Part shown: in pieces, positions 9,550 to 17,546 of the stretch | Numbering within the stretch: the first letter of the stretch is position 1 | How the letters are laid out: each line of letters opens with the position of its first letter | From: Pseudodesulfovibrio mercurii | GTDB lineage: Bacteria; Desulfobacterota; Desulfovibrionia; Desulfovibrionales; Desulfovibrionaceae | Assembly: GCF_000189295.2 (NCBI RefSeq) | Contig: NC_016803.1 | Coordinates: 3,300,001 to 3,332,000 of the forward strand | Length of the DNA: 32,000 bases | Reading direction: 5' to 3' | Notes under the pieces: generated by a model | The model's database searches: none | Told to the model about the DNA's origin: nothing | The model's input: only the letters and a program-made list of their open reading frames with translations | Made by a program: the position numbers and the translations under genes

Positions 9550-11241
9550 GTGCCCTCTGACGGCCGTTTTTCCCCGCGCGGGCTGGTCACGGCCGCCCTG
9601 GTCTGGCTCCTGGTGGGGTTCATCCTCCACCCGGCCCTGTCCACGCTGCTGGTCAGCCTGACCCCGAGGGGGGGCGGGGAACTCGGCCCGGCGCGCTACT
9701 TGGCCTTCTTCGCCTCGGTTAACGATCTGTCCGTGCTGTGGAATTCCGTGGTCCTCGGGCTGCTGACCGTGCTGGCCTGCGGGGTGACGGGCACGGCGCT
9801 GGCCTTTTTCGTGCATTTCTTCGAGTTCCCTTTGCGCGGGGTGGTGGACAAGATCCTGCTTCTGCCGGTTATGATGCCGGGGATCATCATCGTCTTCGCC
9901 TTTGTCCAGCTCTACGGCGAGAGCGGCCTGGTGACCAAGACCGTGGAGGCCTGGCTGGGGCTGCGCTCGGCACCCTGGGACTTCGCCGGGCTACCGGGCA
10001 TCCTGTTCGTGCACACCTACACCCAGTACGTGTATTTCTATATTGCGGTCTCCCTGGCCATCCGGCACATCGACGGCTCGGTGGTGGAGAGCGCGCGCAG
10101 TCTGGGCGCGTCCCGGCTCAAGGTCTTCACCTCGGTCATCCTGCCGTTCCTGACCCCGGCCCTGATCACCTCGGCGGCCGTGACCTTCATGACCGGCATC
10201 GGCTCGTTCACCGCGCCGAGCATCATCGGCGGGCCGTACAAGGTCCTGACCACCCAGATACTCCTGGCCAAGGCCAACAACTACATGGGCCTGGCCGCGG
10301 TGCAGGTGGTCGTGCTGACGGTCATCTCGCTGATCTTCTTCGCGCTGCTGCGGCGCTACGAGCGGGGGCGCCTGTTCGCGGCCCAGGTCAAGGGCACGCC
10401 CATGCGCCCGGTGCCCGTGCGCAACCCGTTCCTGCGGGCGGCCATGTACTCGGCGGCCTGGTTCCTGGTGGCCATGGTCGTCCTGCCGTTCGCGACCATC
10501 ATCCTGCTCTCCTTCGTGGATTCGGCCTCCTGGATGGTCAGCATCTATCCCGAGCACTTCTTCCTGGACAACTTCGAGGCGGTCTTCACCAGGGCCCGGA
10601 AGTTCCGCCCGTTCCTGAACAGCGTGAATATGTCCCTGCTGGCGGCCATGGGCTGCCTGCTGGTGGCCGTGCCCGCCTCATTCATCATCGAGAAGACGCA
10701 ATCGAAGCTGCGCTGGCTCATCGAGTTCCTGGTCATCCTGCCCTGGGCCATGCCCGCCAGCGCCATCGCCGTGAACCTGATCAACGCCAACAGCACGCCC
10801 AACGTCTTCGCCTTCAACGCCATCCTGCTGGGCTCGTACTTCCTGCTGCCGCTCGGCTACTTCATCAAGTCCCTGCCCATAGTGGTCAAGATCGTGCACG
10901 TCTCCTTCCAGAACCTGAGCACGACCCTGCTGGAAGCCTCGTCCAGCCTCGGAGCGAGCCGTTTCCAGACCCTGCGGGGCGTGACCCTGCCCATGCTCTC
11001 GCCCGGCCTGCTGGCCGGATTCCTGCTGGTCTTCGTCCACAGCGTGGGCGACTACACCATCTCCGCCTTCCTCTACACCGCCTCCAACAAGCCCATGTCC
11101 ATCGCCATGGTCAACGCCATCTTCGAATACGAGATAGGGCTGTCCATGGCCTACGGCACGCTGCTCCTGGTTCTGACCGGCGCGCTCGGCGCGGTGGTCG
11201 GCCTGGTGCGGCGGGATGTCTTCGGGCGGGGGAACGGCTAG
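9550..11241 (+). CDS. ABC transporter permease, fused double-domain (FbpB/ThiP-like)
   Basis: Two EAA loops are present (ESARSLGASRLKVFTSVILPFLTPAL and EASSSLGASRFQTLRGVTLPMLSPGL), with about 12 hydrophobic segments. GTG 9550 lies 4 nt after the ATPase stop. The ORF-track start at 9475 would overlap the ATPase gene with Arg/Pro-rich junk. Confidence 0.85.
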   Translation: MPSDGRFSPRGLVTAALVWLLVGFILHPALSTLLVSLTPRGGGELGPARYLAFFASVNDLSVLWNSVVLGLLTVLACGVTGTALAFFVHFFEFPLRGVVDKILLLPVMMPGIIIVFAFVQLYGESGLVTKTVEAWLGLRSAPWDFAGLPGILFVHTYTQYVYFYIAVSLAIRHIDGSVVESARSLGASRLKVFTSVILPFLTPALITSAAVTFMTGIGSFTAPSIIGGPYKVLTTQILLAKANNYMGLAAVQVVVLTVISLIFFALLRRYERGRLFAAQVKGTPMRPVPVRNPFLRAAMYSAAWFLVAMVVLPFATIILLSFVDSASWMVSIYPEHFFLDNFEAVFTRARKFRPFLNSVNMSLLAAMGCLLVAVPASFIIEKTQSKLRWLIEFLVILPWAMPASAIAVNLINANSTPNVFAFNAILLGSYFLLPLGYFIKSLPIVVKIVHVSFQNLSTTLLEASSSLGASRFQTLRGVTLPMLSPGLLAGFLLVFVHSVGDYTISAFLYTASNKPMSIAMVNAIFEYEIGLSMAYGTLLLVLTGALGAVVGLVRRDVFGRGNG

Positions 11242-12500
11242 GCGCGGGGGTCCACGTAGTAGGTGATGCGGGTCCGGGGGGAGAGGTACTCGAACATGTC
11301 CGGGCTGAGCTGGGCCAGGCGGATGGACTTCTCCACGCGCAGGTCCGGCTCGTCGGCCAGGTCCACGATGAGCGCCTCCTTCTTGGGCACGTCCGGGTCG
11401 TAGAGCATGACGCTCGGGTTGAGCTGATTTCGGGGGTTCACGGCCATGACCATGCCGACCTCGCCGTTGGACAGCTCCACCACGGTGCCGGGCGGGTACA
11501 CGCCCAGGCAGCGGATGAACAGGGCGAGCAGCTCCACGTCGAAGAGGTGCTTCTGCTGGCCGAACATGTAGGACAGGGCCAGGTACGGGGTCAGGGAGTC
11601 CATGGGGTCGGGCCGGTTGCAGTGGTTGTCGTAGGCGTCGGCGATGGCCACCATGCGCGCCAGCCGGTCGATGCGGTCGGCCTTGAGCCCCTGGGGAAAG
11701 CCGGAGCCGTCCATGCGCTCGTGGTGCTGGGCCACCACCAGGGCCGCCCCGCGCGGGAAGACGTCCACGGCCGCCAGCATGGCCGCGCCCTGGACCGGGT
11801 GCCGCTCGAGCAGTTCCTGCTCCGGGCGGGTCAGCTCGCCGCGCTTCTTGAGCAGCTTCTTGGGCAGGTGCTCCTTGCCGATGTCGTGGAACAGCGCGCC
11901 CAGGCCGAGCACGGTCATCTCCGCCTCGCTCAGGCGCGCCTCCTTGCCCACGATCATGGACAGCACGGCCACGTTCATGGGGTGGGAATAGGTCGATTCG
12001 CCCCGGTCCACCACGTTCATCAGGTGCAGGGTGGACTCGCGGTCGCCCAGAAAATAGTCCGTCAGCCGGGCCACGAAATCCGTTGCGGCCGCGGCCGCTT
12101 CCGCCCGTCCGGCGACCACGCCCTTGAGGATGTCGTTGAAGGTCTTGATGCAGGTGTTGAAGCGCTTCTCGCACAGGGCGATGCGTTCCTTCTTCTGTTT
12201 GAGCCGACGGGCGCGCTCCTTCTTGACCTCCCACAGGTGGTCGATGACCTCGCGCGGCACCGGTTGGGCGGCGGGCGGGGCCGCCTTGTCCGGCTTGTCC
12301 GGGGCCGAGGGCAGGACGTCGGATTTCTCGGGAACGCAGAAGACGTGCGTGATGCCCAGGCTTCTGATCAGGGCGATCTGGTCCGCGTCCCTGACCTTGA
12401 AGTTGCTGAACAGGAAGGGGTGTTCGAACCAGCCGGTCTTTTCCAGCCGGATGAAGACGCCCGGCCGGAGCTGATCCACCGAAATACGGTATTCGGGCAT
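11238..12500 (-). CDS. HD-GYP domain c-di-GMP phosphodiesterase with an N-terminal DUF3391-like domain
   Basis: The N-terminus reads MPEYRISVDQLRPGVFIRLEKTGWFEHPFLFSNFKV (DUF3391-like). The HD motif is LGALFHDIGK and the HD-GYP signature is HHERMDGSGFPQGL. A GGAG SD lies 6 nt upstream of ATG 12500. The longer track ORF (to 12575) adds an unsupported leader. Confidence 0.85.
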   Translation of the reverse strand: MPEYRISVDQLRPGVFIRLEKTGWFEHPFLFSNFKVRDADQIALIRSLGITHVFCVPEKSDVLPSAPDKPDKAAPPAAQPVPREVIDHLWEVKKERARRLKQKKERIALCEKRFNTCIKTFNDILKGVVAGRAEAAAAATDFVARLTDYFLGDRESTLHLMNVVDRGESTYSHPMNVAVLSMIVGKEARLSEAEMTVLGLGALFHDIGKEHLPKKLLKKRGELTRPEQELLERHPVQGAAMLAAVDVFPRGAALVVAQHHERMDGSGFPQGLKADRIDRLARMVAIADAYDNHCNRPDPMDSLTPYLALSYMFGQQKHLFDVELLALFIRCLGVYPPGTVVELSNGEVGMVMAVNPRNQLNPSVMLYDPDVPKKEALIVDLADEPDLRVEKSIRLAQLSPDMFEYLSPRTRITYYVDPRA

Positions 12501-12784
12501 GTTGCGCTCCGTCATGATGGGCCAACATACAACATCAAAATGTATACGACAACCGTTTAGGATTGAATCAACCAATTTAAACTCTTGATTAATAAAGAAT
12601 TCATCAAGTTGTTTTTCGTTATCGGGTGCAACGCGTCCGGCCGTGCCCGCAGCGCCTCCCGGCCCCGGCGGCGGCCACCGAAAACCATTGCCAAGCCACG
12701 CAAAATGGTTTACTCGTGATTTTCATGGATATGTTTTCCACATTCTTTCATGTTGGAAAAGTTGAATTTAAGGCGGTTTAATTT
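12501..12784. promoter_or_regulatory. AT-rich divergent intergenic control region with three inverted repeats
   Basis: GC content drops locally, well below the window average. Three inverted repeats were read directly. CTTGAT-N13-ATCAAG lies at 12584-12608. AAACCATT-N14-AATGGTTT lies at 12682-12711. TTTTCCA-N13-TGGAAAA lies at 12734-12760. The region sits between the divergent HD-GYP gene and the 162-aa gene. Confidence 0.5.
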
Positions 12785-13273
12785 ATGCCGAGGAAGGCAG
12801 GTTCCGGGAAGCGATCTCCCGTCGTTTTCTTTGCCCTCATCTTTTTCTGCGTGGCCGCAGCGGGGCTGGTCTATTTCCAGACCGATCTGTTCCGCGCCCG
12901 TTCGGCGGAGCGCGGCCTGTCCGGCCTGGTCTCGGTCCGGGGCTCGGTGGGCCTCGAACAGCTGGCCCTGACCGACCAGGAGGTCGGAGTCATCAACCGG
13001 ACCGTGGAGAAGTACCGCGAAACCTTCCCCAAGGTGGGGCTGGTCATCGACACCGTGGGCCACGTGGACAAGATCACCCCGAAGACCGTCCTGATCTTCG
13101 CCGTGGAGCTGCAAACCAACGGCGACCTGGTGGTCAAGTCCTGGAGCCGCAAGGTCCCGCGCGACAACATGGTCCCCCAGTTCGTCGCCTACATGGGCAA
13201 GGCCGCCAGCGAATACAAGGAATTCAAGCGGTTCCCCGACGTCAAACAGAACTTCAAGACCCTCTACATCTGA
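12785..13273 (+). CDS. Hypothetical membrane-anchored protein (162 aa)
   Basis: The N-terminus is basic and followed by one TM segment (SPVVFFALIFFCVAAAGLVYF). Amino-acid composition is normal for a real coding frame. A strong terminator lies downstream. I recognise no domain. Confidence 0.6.
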   Translation: MPRKAGSGKRSPVVFFALIFFCVAAAGLVYFQTDLFRARSAERGLSGLVSVRGSVGLEQLALTDQEVGVINRTVEKYRETFPKVGLVIDTVGHVDKITPKTVLIFAVELQTNGDLVVKSWSRKVPRDNMVPQFVAYMGKAASEYKEFKRFPDVKQNFKTLYI

Positions 13274-13285
13274 TCTCGCCTTTTG

Positions 13286-13323
13286 ATGCGGACGAAAAAG
13301 GGCTCCGGACGTTTGTCCGGAGC
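13286..13323. terminator. Bidirectional rho-independent terminator between convergent genes
   Basis: AAAAAG precedes GGCTCCGGAC, a GTTT loop and GTCCGGAGCC, followed by TTTCTCATTT. The stem is a perfect 10 bp. Confidence 0.85.
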
Positions 13324-13328
13324 CTTTC

Positions 13329-13631
13329 TCATTTGGCGGTCAGGTCGCGCTTCATCTCCTCGAACTGCGCCTTGTCGATCTCCCCGGCGGCATAGCGCCG
13401 CTTGAGGATGTCCAGGGGCGTCTCGCCGGACGGCCCCCGGCTGTTTCCGCCGTTGTTCCGACCGGGGCTGCCCCGGAGGAGCAGGGCGACGACGACCACG
13501 GCCGCGACGAGGAGAAGGATCATGAACCAGCCTCCGAAGGGCGAGTACATCATGCCGCCGCCCCACGCGTTGGGGCCGCCGCCGTTGTACATGGGCTGCT
13601 GTGCGGTCAGTCGGGTGAGGATGTCGGTCAT
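13329..13631 (-). CDS. SHOCT-domain small membrane protein (100 aa)
   Basis: The C-terminal PLDILKRRYAAGEIDKAQFEEMKRDL matches the SHOCT motif. A central TM segment is present (WFMILLLVAAVVVVALLL). A GGAGGTG SD lies 5 nt upstream of the ATG, 19 nt after the stop of the upstream gene. Confidence 0.75.
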   Translation of the reverse strand: MTDILTRLTAQQPMYNGGGPNAWGGGMMYSPFGGWFMILLLVAAVVVVALLLRGSPGRNNGGNSRGPSGETPLDILKRRYAAGEIDKAQFEEMKRDLTAK

Positions 13632-13650
13632 GTCGTCACCTCCGGCGGGC

Positions 13651-14169
13651 CTACTGGGTGTCGCCGTACCCGGAGCCGGGCCGGTTGCCCTGACGCCACG
13701 GTCCGCCCATGCCGCCGGGTCCGCCCATCATCCCCCCGCCCAGCATGCCGCCGTGCATCATGTCCAGGCCGTAGTAGGAGATGCCGCTTTCGCGCAGGTC
13801 CACGAGCATGTCCACGCGCATGGCGTAGGCCTTGGCCGAGAGCCTGCCGATCTCGTCGGCCAGGGTCCTGGCCTGGGCACGGTCGATCTTGTCCTGGGCC
13901 AGGACCGCGTTCAACTGGGCGCGCTTGGCCCACATCTCGCTGGACAGCTTGGCGAAGTCCTCCTGGTATTTGGCGGAGATGTCCTGATACGCCTTCTGCT
14001 GTTCAGGGGTGAGCTGGTAGTTGTTCCAGCCGCCGTAGCCGGGACCGCCGCCGTAGCCGGGACCGCCGCCCATCATGCCGGATCCGGGCCCCATGCCCAT
14101 CTGGGCGAAGGCTGTGGCCGCGAAGAGCAGCAGGGCCAGTCCGGCAATGGTGATGATGTGATTTCTCAT
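13651..14169 (-). CDS. Periplasmic LTXXQ-motif protein (Spy/CpxP/ZraP-like, heavy-metal/envelope-stress family) with Gly/Met-rich termini
   Basis: A GGAGG SD precedes the start. The signal peptide is MRNHIITIAGLALLLFAATAFA. An LTPEQQ (LTXXQ) motif is followed by a long helical region. The N- and C-terminal tails are G/M/P-rich. The ORF-track start at 14316 is an unsupported extension. Confidence 0.75.
   Translation of the reverse strand: MRNHIITIAGLALLLFAATAFAQMGMGPGSGMMGGGPGYGGGPGYGGWNNYQLTPEQQKAYQDISAKYQEDFAKLSSEMWAKRAQLNAVLAQDKIDRAQARTLADEIGRLSAKAYAMRVDMLVDLRESGISYYGLDMMHGGMLGGGMMGGPGGMGGPWRQGNRPGSGYGDTQ
14030..14065. repeat. Perfect 18-bp tandem duplication inside the LTXXQ gene
   Basis: GCCGCCGTAGCCGGGACC occurs twice back to back (14030-14047 and 14048-14065). 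On the minus strand this encodes GPGYGG twice. Confidence 0.95.
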
Positions 14170-14281
14170 GGCAAAGCCTCCTGTGGTTTCAGAGGCCACA
14201 AGCATAGCACGTTTTCGGGCGGGCGGCGTTATTATTTCTTCAAAAGCCGAATTTGCGGCGCAGACGCCGGGGCCAGAAGCA

Positions 14282-14314
14282 GAAGCCCCCCGCACGGGAA
14301 ATGCGGAGGGCTTC
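14282..14314 (-). terminator. Stem-loop terminator candidate downstream of the GlmS-like gene
   Basis: GAAGCCCCCCGC, a 9-nt loop and GCGGAGGGCTTC form a 12-bp stem with 1 mismatch, 30 nt after the stop at 14345. The T-tract is weak. Confidence 0.45.
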
Positions 14315-14344
14315 ATTGTCTTCGGATGCGCCTGGGAATGGGGA

Positions 14345-17170
14345 TTACCCCTGCGGCCTGCTGATGCCCACGGTGACGGTCTTGGCCTGGTGGCGGATGG
14401 TGTCGATGGGGCGGGTCATTTCTTCGATGGCCTTGTTCAGGATGGTCAGGATGTCGGCGAGGCGCGCCTCGGTGGCGCAGATGGCCTCGGACTGGTTGAC
14501 CAGCCAGAGCATGTAGTTGGCCAGGCTTGCGGCCACCCGGGCGGGCAGGGCCGAGTCCGTGGCGCCCGAGGCGATGCGCTCCACGCACAGGTTCAGGGCC
14601 GTCAGCAGCGCGGCGCGGTCGAAGGTGGCCGTGTTTTCGAGCATCCCGCCGATGAGCACGCGCGCCTTGCGGAAGGGCTCGGCGTGGGAGTCGATGGCCT
14701 TGGCCGCGGACACGCCCCACCAGTGGCCCGCCACGGTCTCGAGCACGAAGTCCAGGCCGCCGCCCGCGCGGGGCACCTTGACCGTGGCCTCGGCCACGCG
14801 GTCGAAGCGGTCCTCGTCCTCGGCGCAGAACACGATGGGCGAGCCGTTGTGCGCCTTGAAGATGGTCGTCTCCTTGACCGTGTCCGTGACGACCATCTCG
14901 GGCAGATCCGAGGCCATGACCAGGGTCAGGGGCTCGGTGGACAGGTCGATGTGCTTCTTGTCCTCGGTGACGTCGCACGGGATGGATTTATAGCACAATT
15001 CCGAGAGCTTGATGCGCACTTCCTGGGCCGCGATGCAGTTCGCGCCGTTGCCGACCAGGGCCCAGTAGCGGTGCACCGGGGCGTACTTGCGGGCCACCTC
15101 GGCGATCTGCTCCTTGTTTTCCAGGACCTTGTCGATCAGCCCGGGCAGCCCCTCCAAGGCCTCGATCTCCTTGAGGATCGTCCCCTTGTCCAGGGTGCCG
15201 AGGATGTCCGCCAGCCAGAGGGACAGGAGCTTGCCCGCCGCGATCTGGGAGTAGAACGCCTTGGTCGAGGCAACGGCCATCTCCACGTCGCGGCCGTTGG
15301 AGGTGTAGATGTGCGAGTCCGACTTCTGGACCAGGGGCGAGTTGCGCCGGTTGACGATGCAATTGACCCACGCGCCCCGGTCGCGGCACAGGTCCACCAC
15401 CCGGTTGGTGTCCGTGGTCGTGCCCGACTGGGAGACCGGGATCAGGAACACGTCGTCCATGCGCTCGTCGCCCATGAAGCCGATGAGTTCGGAGCCGGTG
15501 TAGGACTCGATGGACATGCCCGTGTCGGCCAGGGTGCGGCGCAGGAGCTGGGCCACGGCCATGGCGGCCACGGCGGCCGTGCCCTGGCCCACGCAGATGA
15601 TCCGGCGGATGGGCCGGGTCGCGTCGCGGAACCGCTCCACCAGGGCCGGGCCGCGCCCGAAGCCCTCGGGCAGGAACTCCACCTCGCCGTTTTTCTTGAG
15701 ATATTTTCCGTGCAGAGTGTTGCGCACCGAGTCCGGGGCCTCGTGGATTTCCTTCTCGATGTAGTGGGCGTACTCGCCCCGGAAGATGTCGCGCGAGAAG
15801 ATCTCGATCTTCTCCTCGGCCAGCTCCACCGGCCCGCCGTTGTCCAGGTAGCGGGCCACGGGCACGGCGTCGGCCGGGTCGGTGTCGCGCAGGACCACGG
15901 ACACCCCGCCCTGGCGGTGCACGGCCACCGGGAAGGAGCTGCGGGCCCGGGCGGCCATGCCGTAGGCCTCGCTGGCCACCAGCCAGCCGTCCTGGGTGCG
16001 GCCGATGTAGAAGGACTGGCCCGACCCCTTCTGGGCCAGGAACTGGGAGTCGAAATCATTGAGGTTCTGCATGACCACGGCCAGCGACCCCTCGCACCGC
16101 CGGAGCACGTTGCGGAAGCGCTCCTCGGCGTCGCCGGTGTCCTCCACGCCCAGGTGGAAAAGCACGGGCAGGATCTTGGCGTCGGTCGAGATGGCGGGCG
16201 GGATGTGCGCACCCTTGGACAGGACCGTCTCCTCGACCAGGGTGCGGTAGTTGTCCACGTCGCCGTTGAGCACGAACATGGTCTTTTCGAGCCCGGTGGA
16301 CATGTCGCCCTCGACCAGGCCGTCGACCGGGTGGCAGTTGGGAACGGAGATGATCCCGTTGGAGGCCCAGCGGGTGTGGGCGATGATGTTCAGGGTTTCC
16401 AGCCCCTGGGACATGGTCCACAACAGGTCGTCATGCTTGATGAATTCACGCAGGGCCGCGCCGTTGTCCCCGAGCTGGCCGACCAGCTGGGCGACCTTGT
16501 ACAAGAAGCGGCAGGCGGTCCGGCCGTCGTTGAGCTTGCGCACCAGGACCTGGCGGGTGTCGGCGTTGCCGATGGAGCTGCGCTCGGCCAGCTCCCGCTT
16601 CTGGGCGGCGTCCAGGTCGACCTCGGGGTCCACGCCAGCGGGCAGGACAAAGGCCAGGGCCACGCCCGCCGAGTCGCGGCCGCGCACCTCGAGCTTGTCG
16701 ATGGACTGCAGGACCTGCTCGGCCCCCCAGGCCAGGAAATGGCGGTCGCGCGCCTCGGGGTTCGCGGCCAGTTCGCCGGGCATGAGCGCCAGGGTCCGGT
16801 CCACGTTGACCAGGACCTCGCGCTCGATCTGCCACAGGTAGTCGTCCAGGGCCTCGCGCAGGGACTCCAGCGCATCCGTGCGCGGCCCCTGCTCCAGCTT
16901 GACGGCGGCCGCGTTGCGCAGCGCCCGGATGGAGTCCCGGATGCCCGACAACGCCCGCCGCGCTTCGGGATCGCCCACCAGCCGCATATGCAGCCCGAAG
17001 GACATGAGGTCGTAAAACCGCCCGGCCAGCTCCGCCAAGGGACCGGCGGCCGAAAGGAGGTCCGGGGTGTCGCGGACGGCGTTGAAGGCGGCGTCGAGCG
17101 TCGAGAGCCAGCCGGTGTCCGGCGCGTTCAACCATTTTTTATTGCTGAGAAAACTGGCGATACCACACAT
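14345..17170 (-). CDS. Oversized GlmS-like protein: class-II (Ntn) glutamine amidotransferase domain plus two SIS domains (941 aa)
   Basis: The protein starts MCGIA (Ntn catalytic Cys after Met). It contains RGRDSAGVA, HTRWASNG, NGDVDNY, SIS1 (CVGQGTAAVAA ... VSQSGTTTDT), SIS2 (LVGNGANCIAAQEVRIKLSELCY) and a GlmS-like C-terminal tail (QAKTVTVG). The start at 17170 was chosen for the MCGI motif. The track ORF extends to 17398 without support. Confidence 0.85.
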   Translation of the reverse strand: MCGIASFLSNKKWLNAPDTGWLSTLDAAFNAVRDTPDLLSAAGPLAELAGRFYDLMSFGLHMRLVGDPEARRALSGIRDSIRALRNAAAVKLEQGPRTDALESLREALDDYLWQIEREVLVNVDRTLALMPGELAANPEARDRHFLAWGAEQVLQSIDKLEVRGRDSAGVALAFVLPAGVDPEVDLDAAQKRELAERSSIGNADTRQVLVRKLNDGRTACRFLYKVAQLVGQLGDNGAALREFIKHDDLLWTMSQGLETLNIIAHTRWASNGIISVPNCHPVDGLVEGDMSTGLEKTMFVLNGDVDNYRTLVEETVLSKGAHIPPAISTDAKILPVLFHLGVEDTGDAEERFRNVLRRCEGSLAVVMQNLNDFDSQFLAQKGSGQSFYIGRTQDGWLVASEAYGMAARARSSFPVAVHRQGGVSVVLRDTDPADAVPVARYLDNGGPVELAEEKIEIFSRDIFRGEYAHYIEKEIHEAPDSVRNTLHGKYLKKNGEVEFLPEGFGRGPALVERFRDATRPIRRIICVGQGTAAVAAMAVAQLLRRTLADTGMSIESYTGSELIGFMGDERMDDVFLIPVSQSGTTTDTNRVVDLCRDRGAWVNCIVNRRNSPLVQKSDSHIYTSNGRDVEMAVASTKAFYSQIAAGKLLSLWLADILGTLDKGTILKEIEALEGLPGLIDKVLENKEQIAEVARKYAPVHRYWALVGNGANCIAAQEVRIKLSELCYKSIPCDVTEDKKHIDLSTEPLTLVMASDLPEMVVTDTVKETTIFKAHNGSPIVFCAEDEDRFDRVAEATVKVPRAGGGLDFVLETVAGHWWGVSAAKAIDSHAEPFRKARVLIGGMLENTATFDRAALLTALNLCVERIASGATDSALPARVAASLANYMLWLVNQSEAICATEARLADILTILNKAIEEMTRPIDTIRHQAKTVTVGISRPQG

Positions 17171-17546
17171 GGCGGTCGAATACTCCTGGTGGATGGTTTC
17201 GGGAGAGGAGGCGGCGGGGCGGCGCGGGATGCACGGCGCGCCGGGCGTCCTGCATGCGTCCGTTGACGTACTGCACATGGTGGCCCTTGGCAAGGGCGCG
17301 GACGGCCCGGAAGGGGGGCGCCGGAAATTCCGATGGCCCTCCCGTTTCGTAGGAAATGGAGCGGGAATATAACCCTGTTCCCGGTGCGCGACGGGCATGG
17401 TACGGTCCGGTGAAAGCCATGCCGCCTGGACCGGGACGGACGGCTGGCGGCGTTATTCCAATTGCGATACCCCGTCCTCTTGTGGCATGGTCGTGCCATT
17501 GGGCTCGGAGCCTTTTTTTCAACCGGTTTTCCCAAGGAGATGACCC

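Noticed and set aside
9738-12560. A 940-aa plus-strand ORF and a 616-aa minus-strand ORF (10678-12528) spanning the permease and HD-GYP genes
   Set aside because: These are shadow frames with extreme Arg/Gly/Pro/His content. They cross the boundary between two convergent genes that both have recognisable domains in other frames.
14170-14281. An expected sigma54 promoter upstream of the ZraP/Spy-like gene, by analogy with E. coli zraP
   Set aside because: I found no GG-N10-GC element with TGGCAC/TTGC character on the minus strand in this interval. The promoter type remains unknown.
14168-17266. A 1032-aa plus-strand ORF antisense to the GlmS-like gene, plus several 120-260 aa ORFs inside it
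   Set aside because: The antisense frame has a junk composition (runs of G, V, A, R, D, H). The minus-strand frame has MCGI, SIS and GlmS-tail motifs.
17483-17498. TGGCATGGTCGTGCCA looks like a sigma54 -24/-12 element on either strand
   Set aside because: The GG to GC spacing is N9 rather than the invariant N10 on both strands. I treat it as a TGGCA-N6-TGCCA palindrome or hairpin instead.
17171-17546. glmS ribozyme or c-di-GMP riboswitch in the long intergenic region
   Set aside because: I could not align the conserved cores of either RNA by eye. The idea is kept only as a generic structured-leader hypothesis that needs an Infernal scan.
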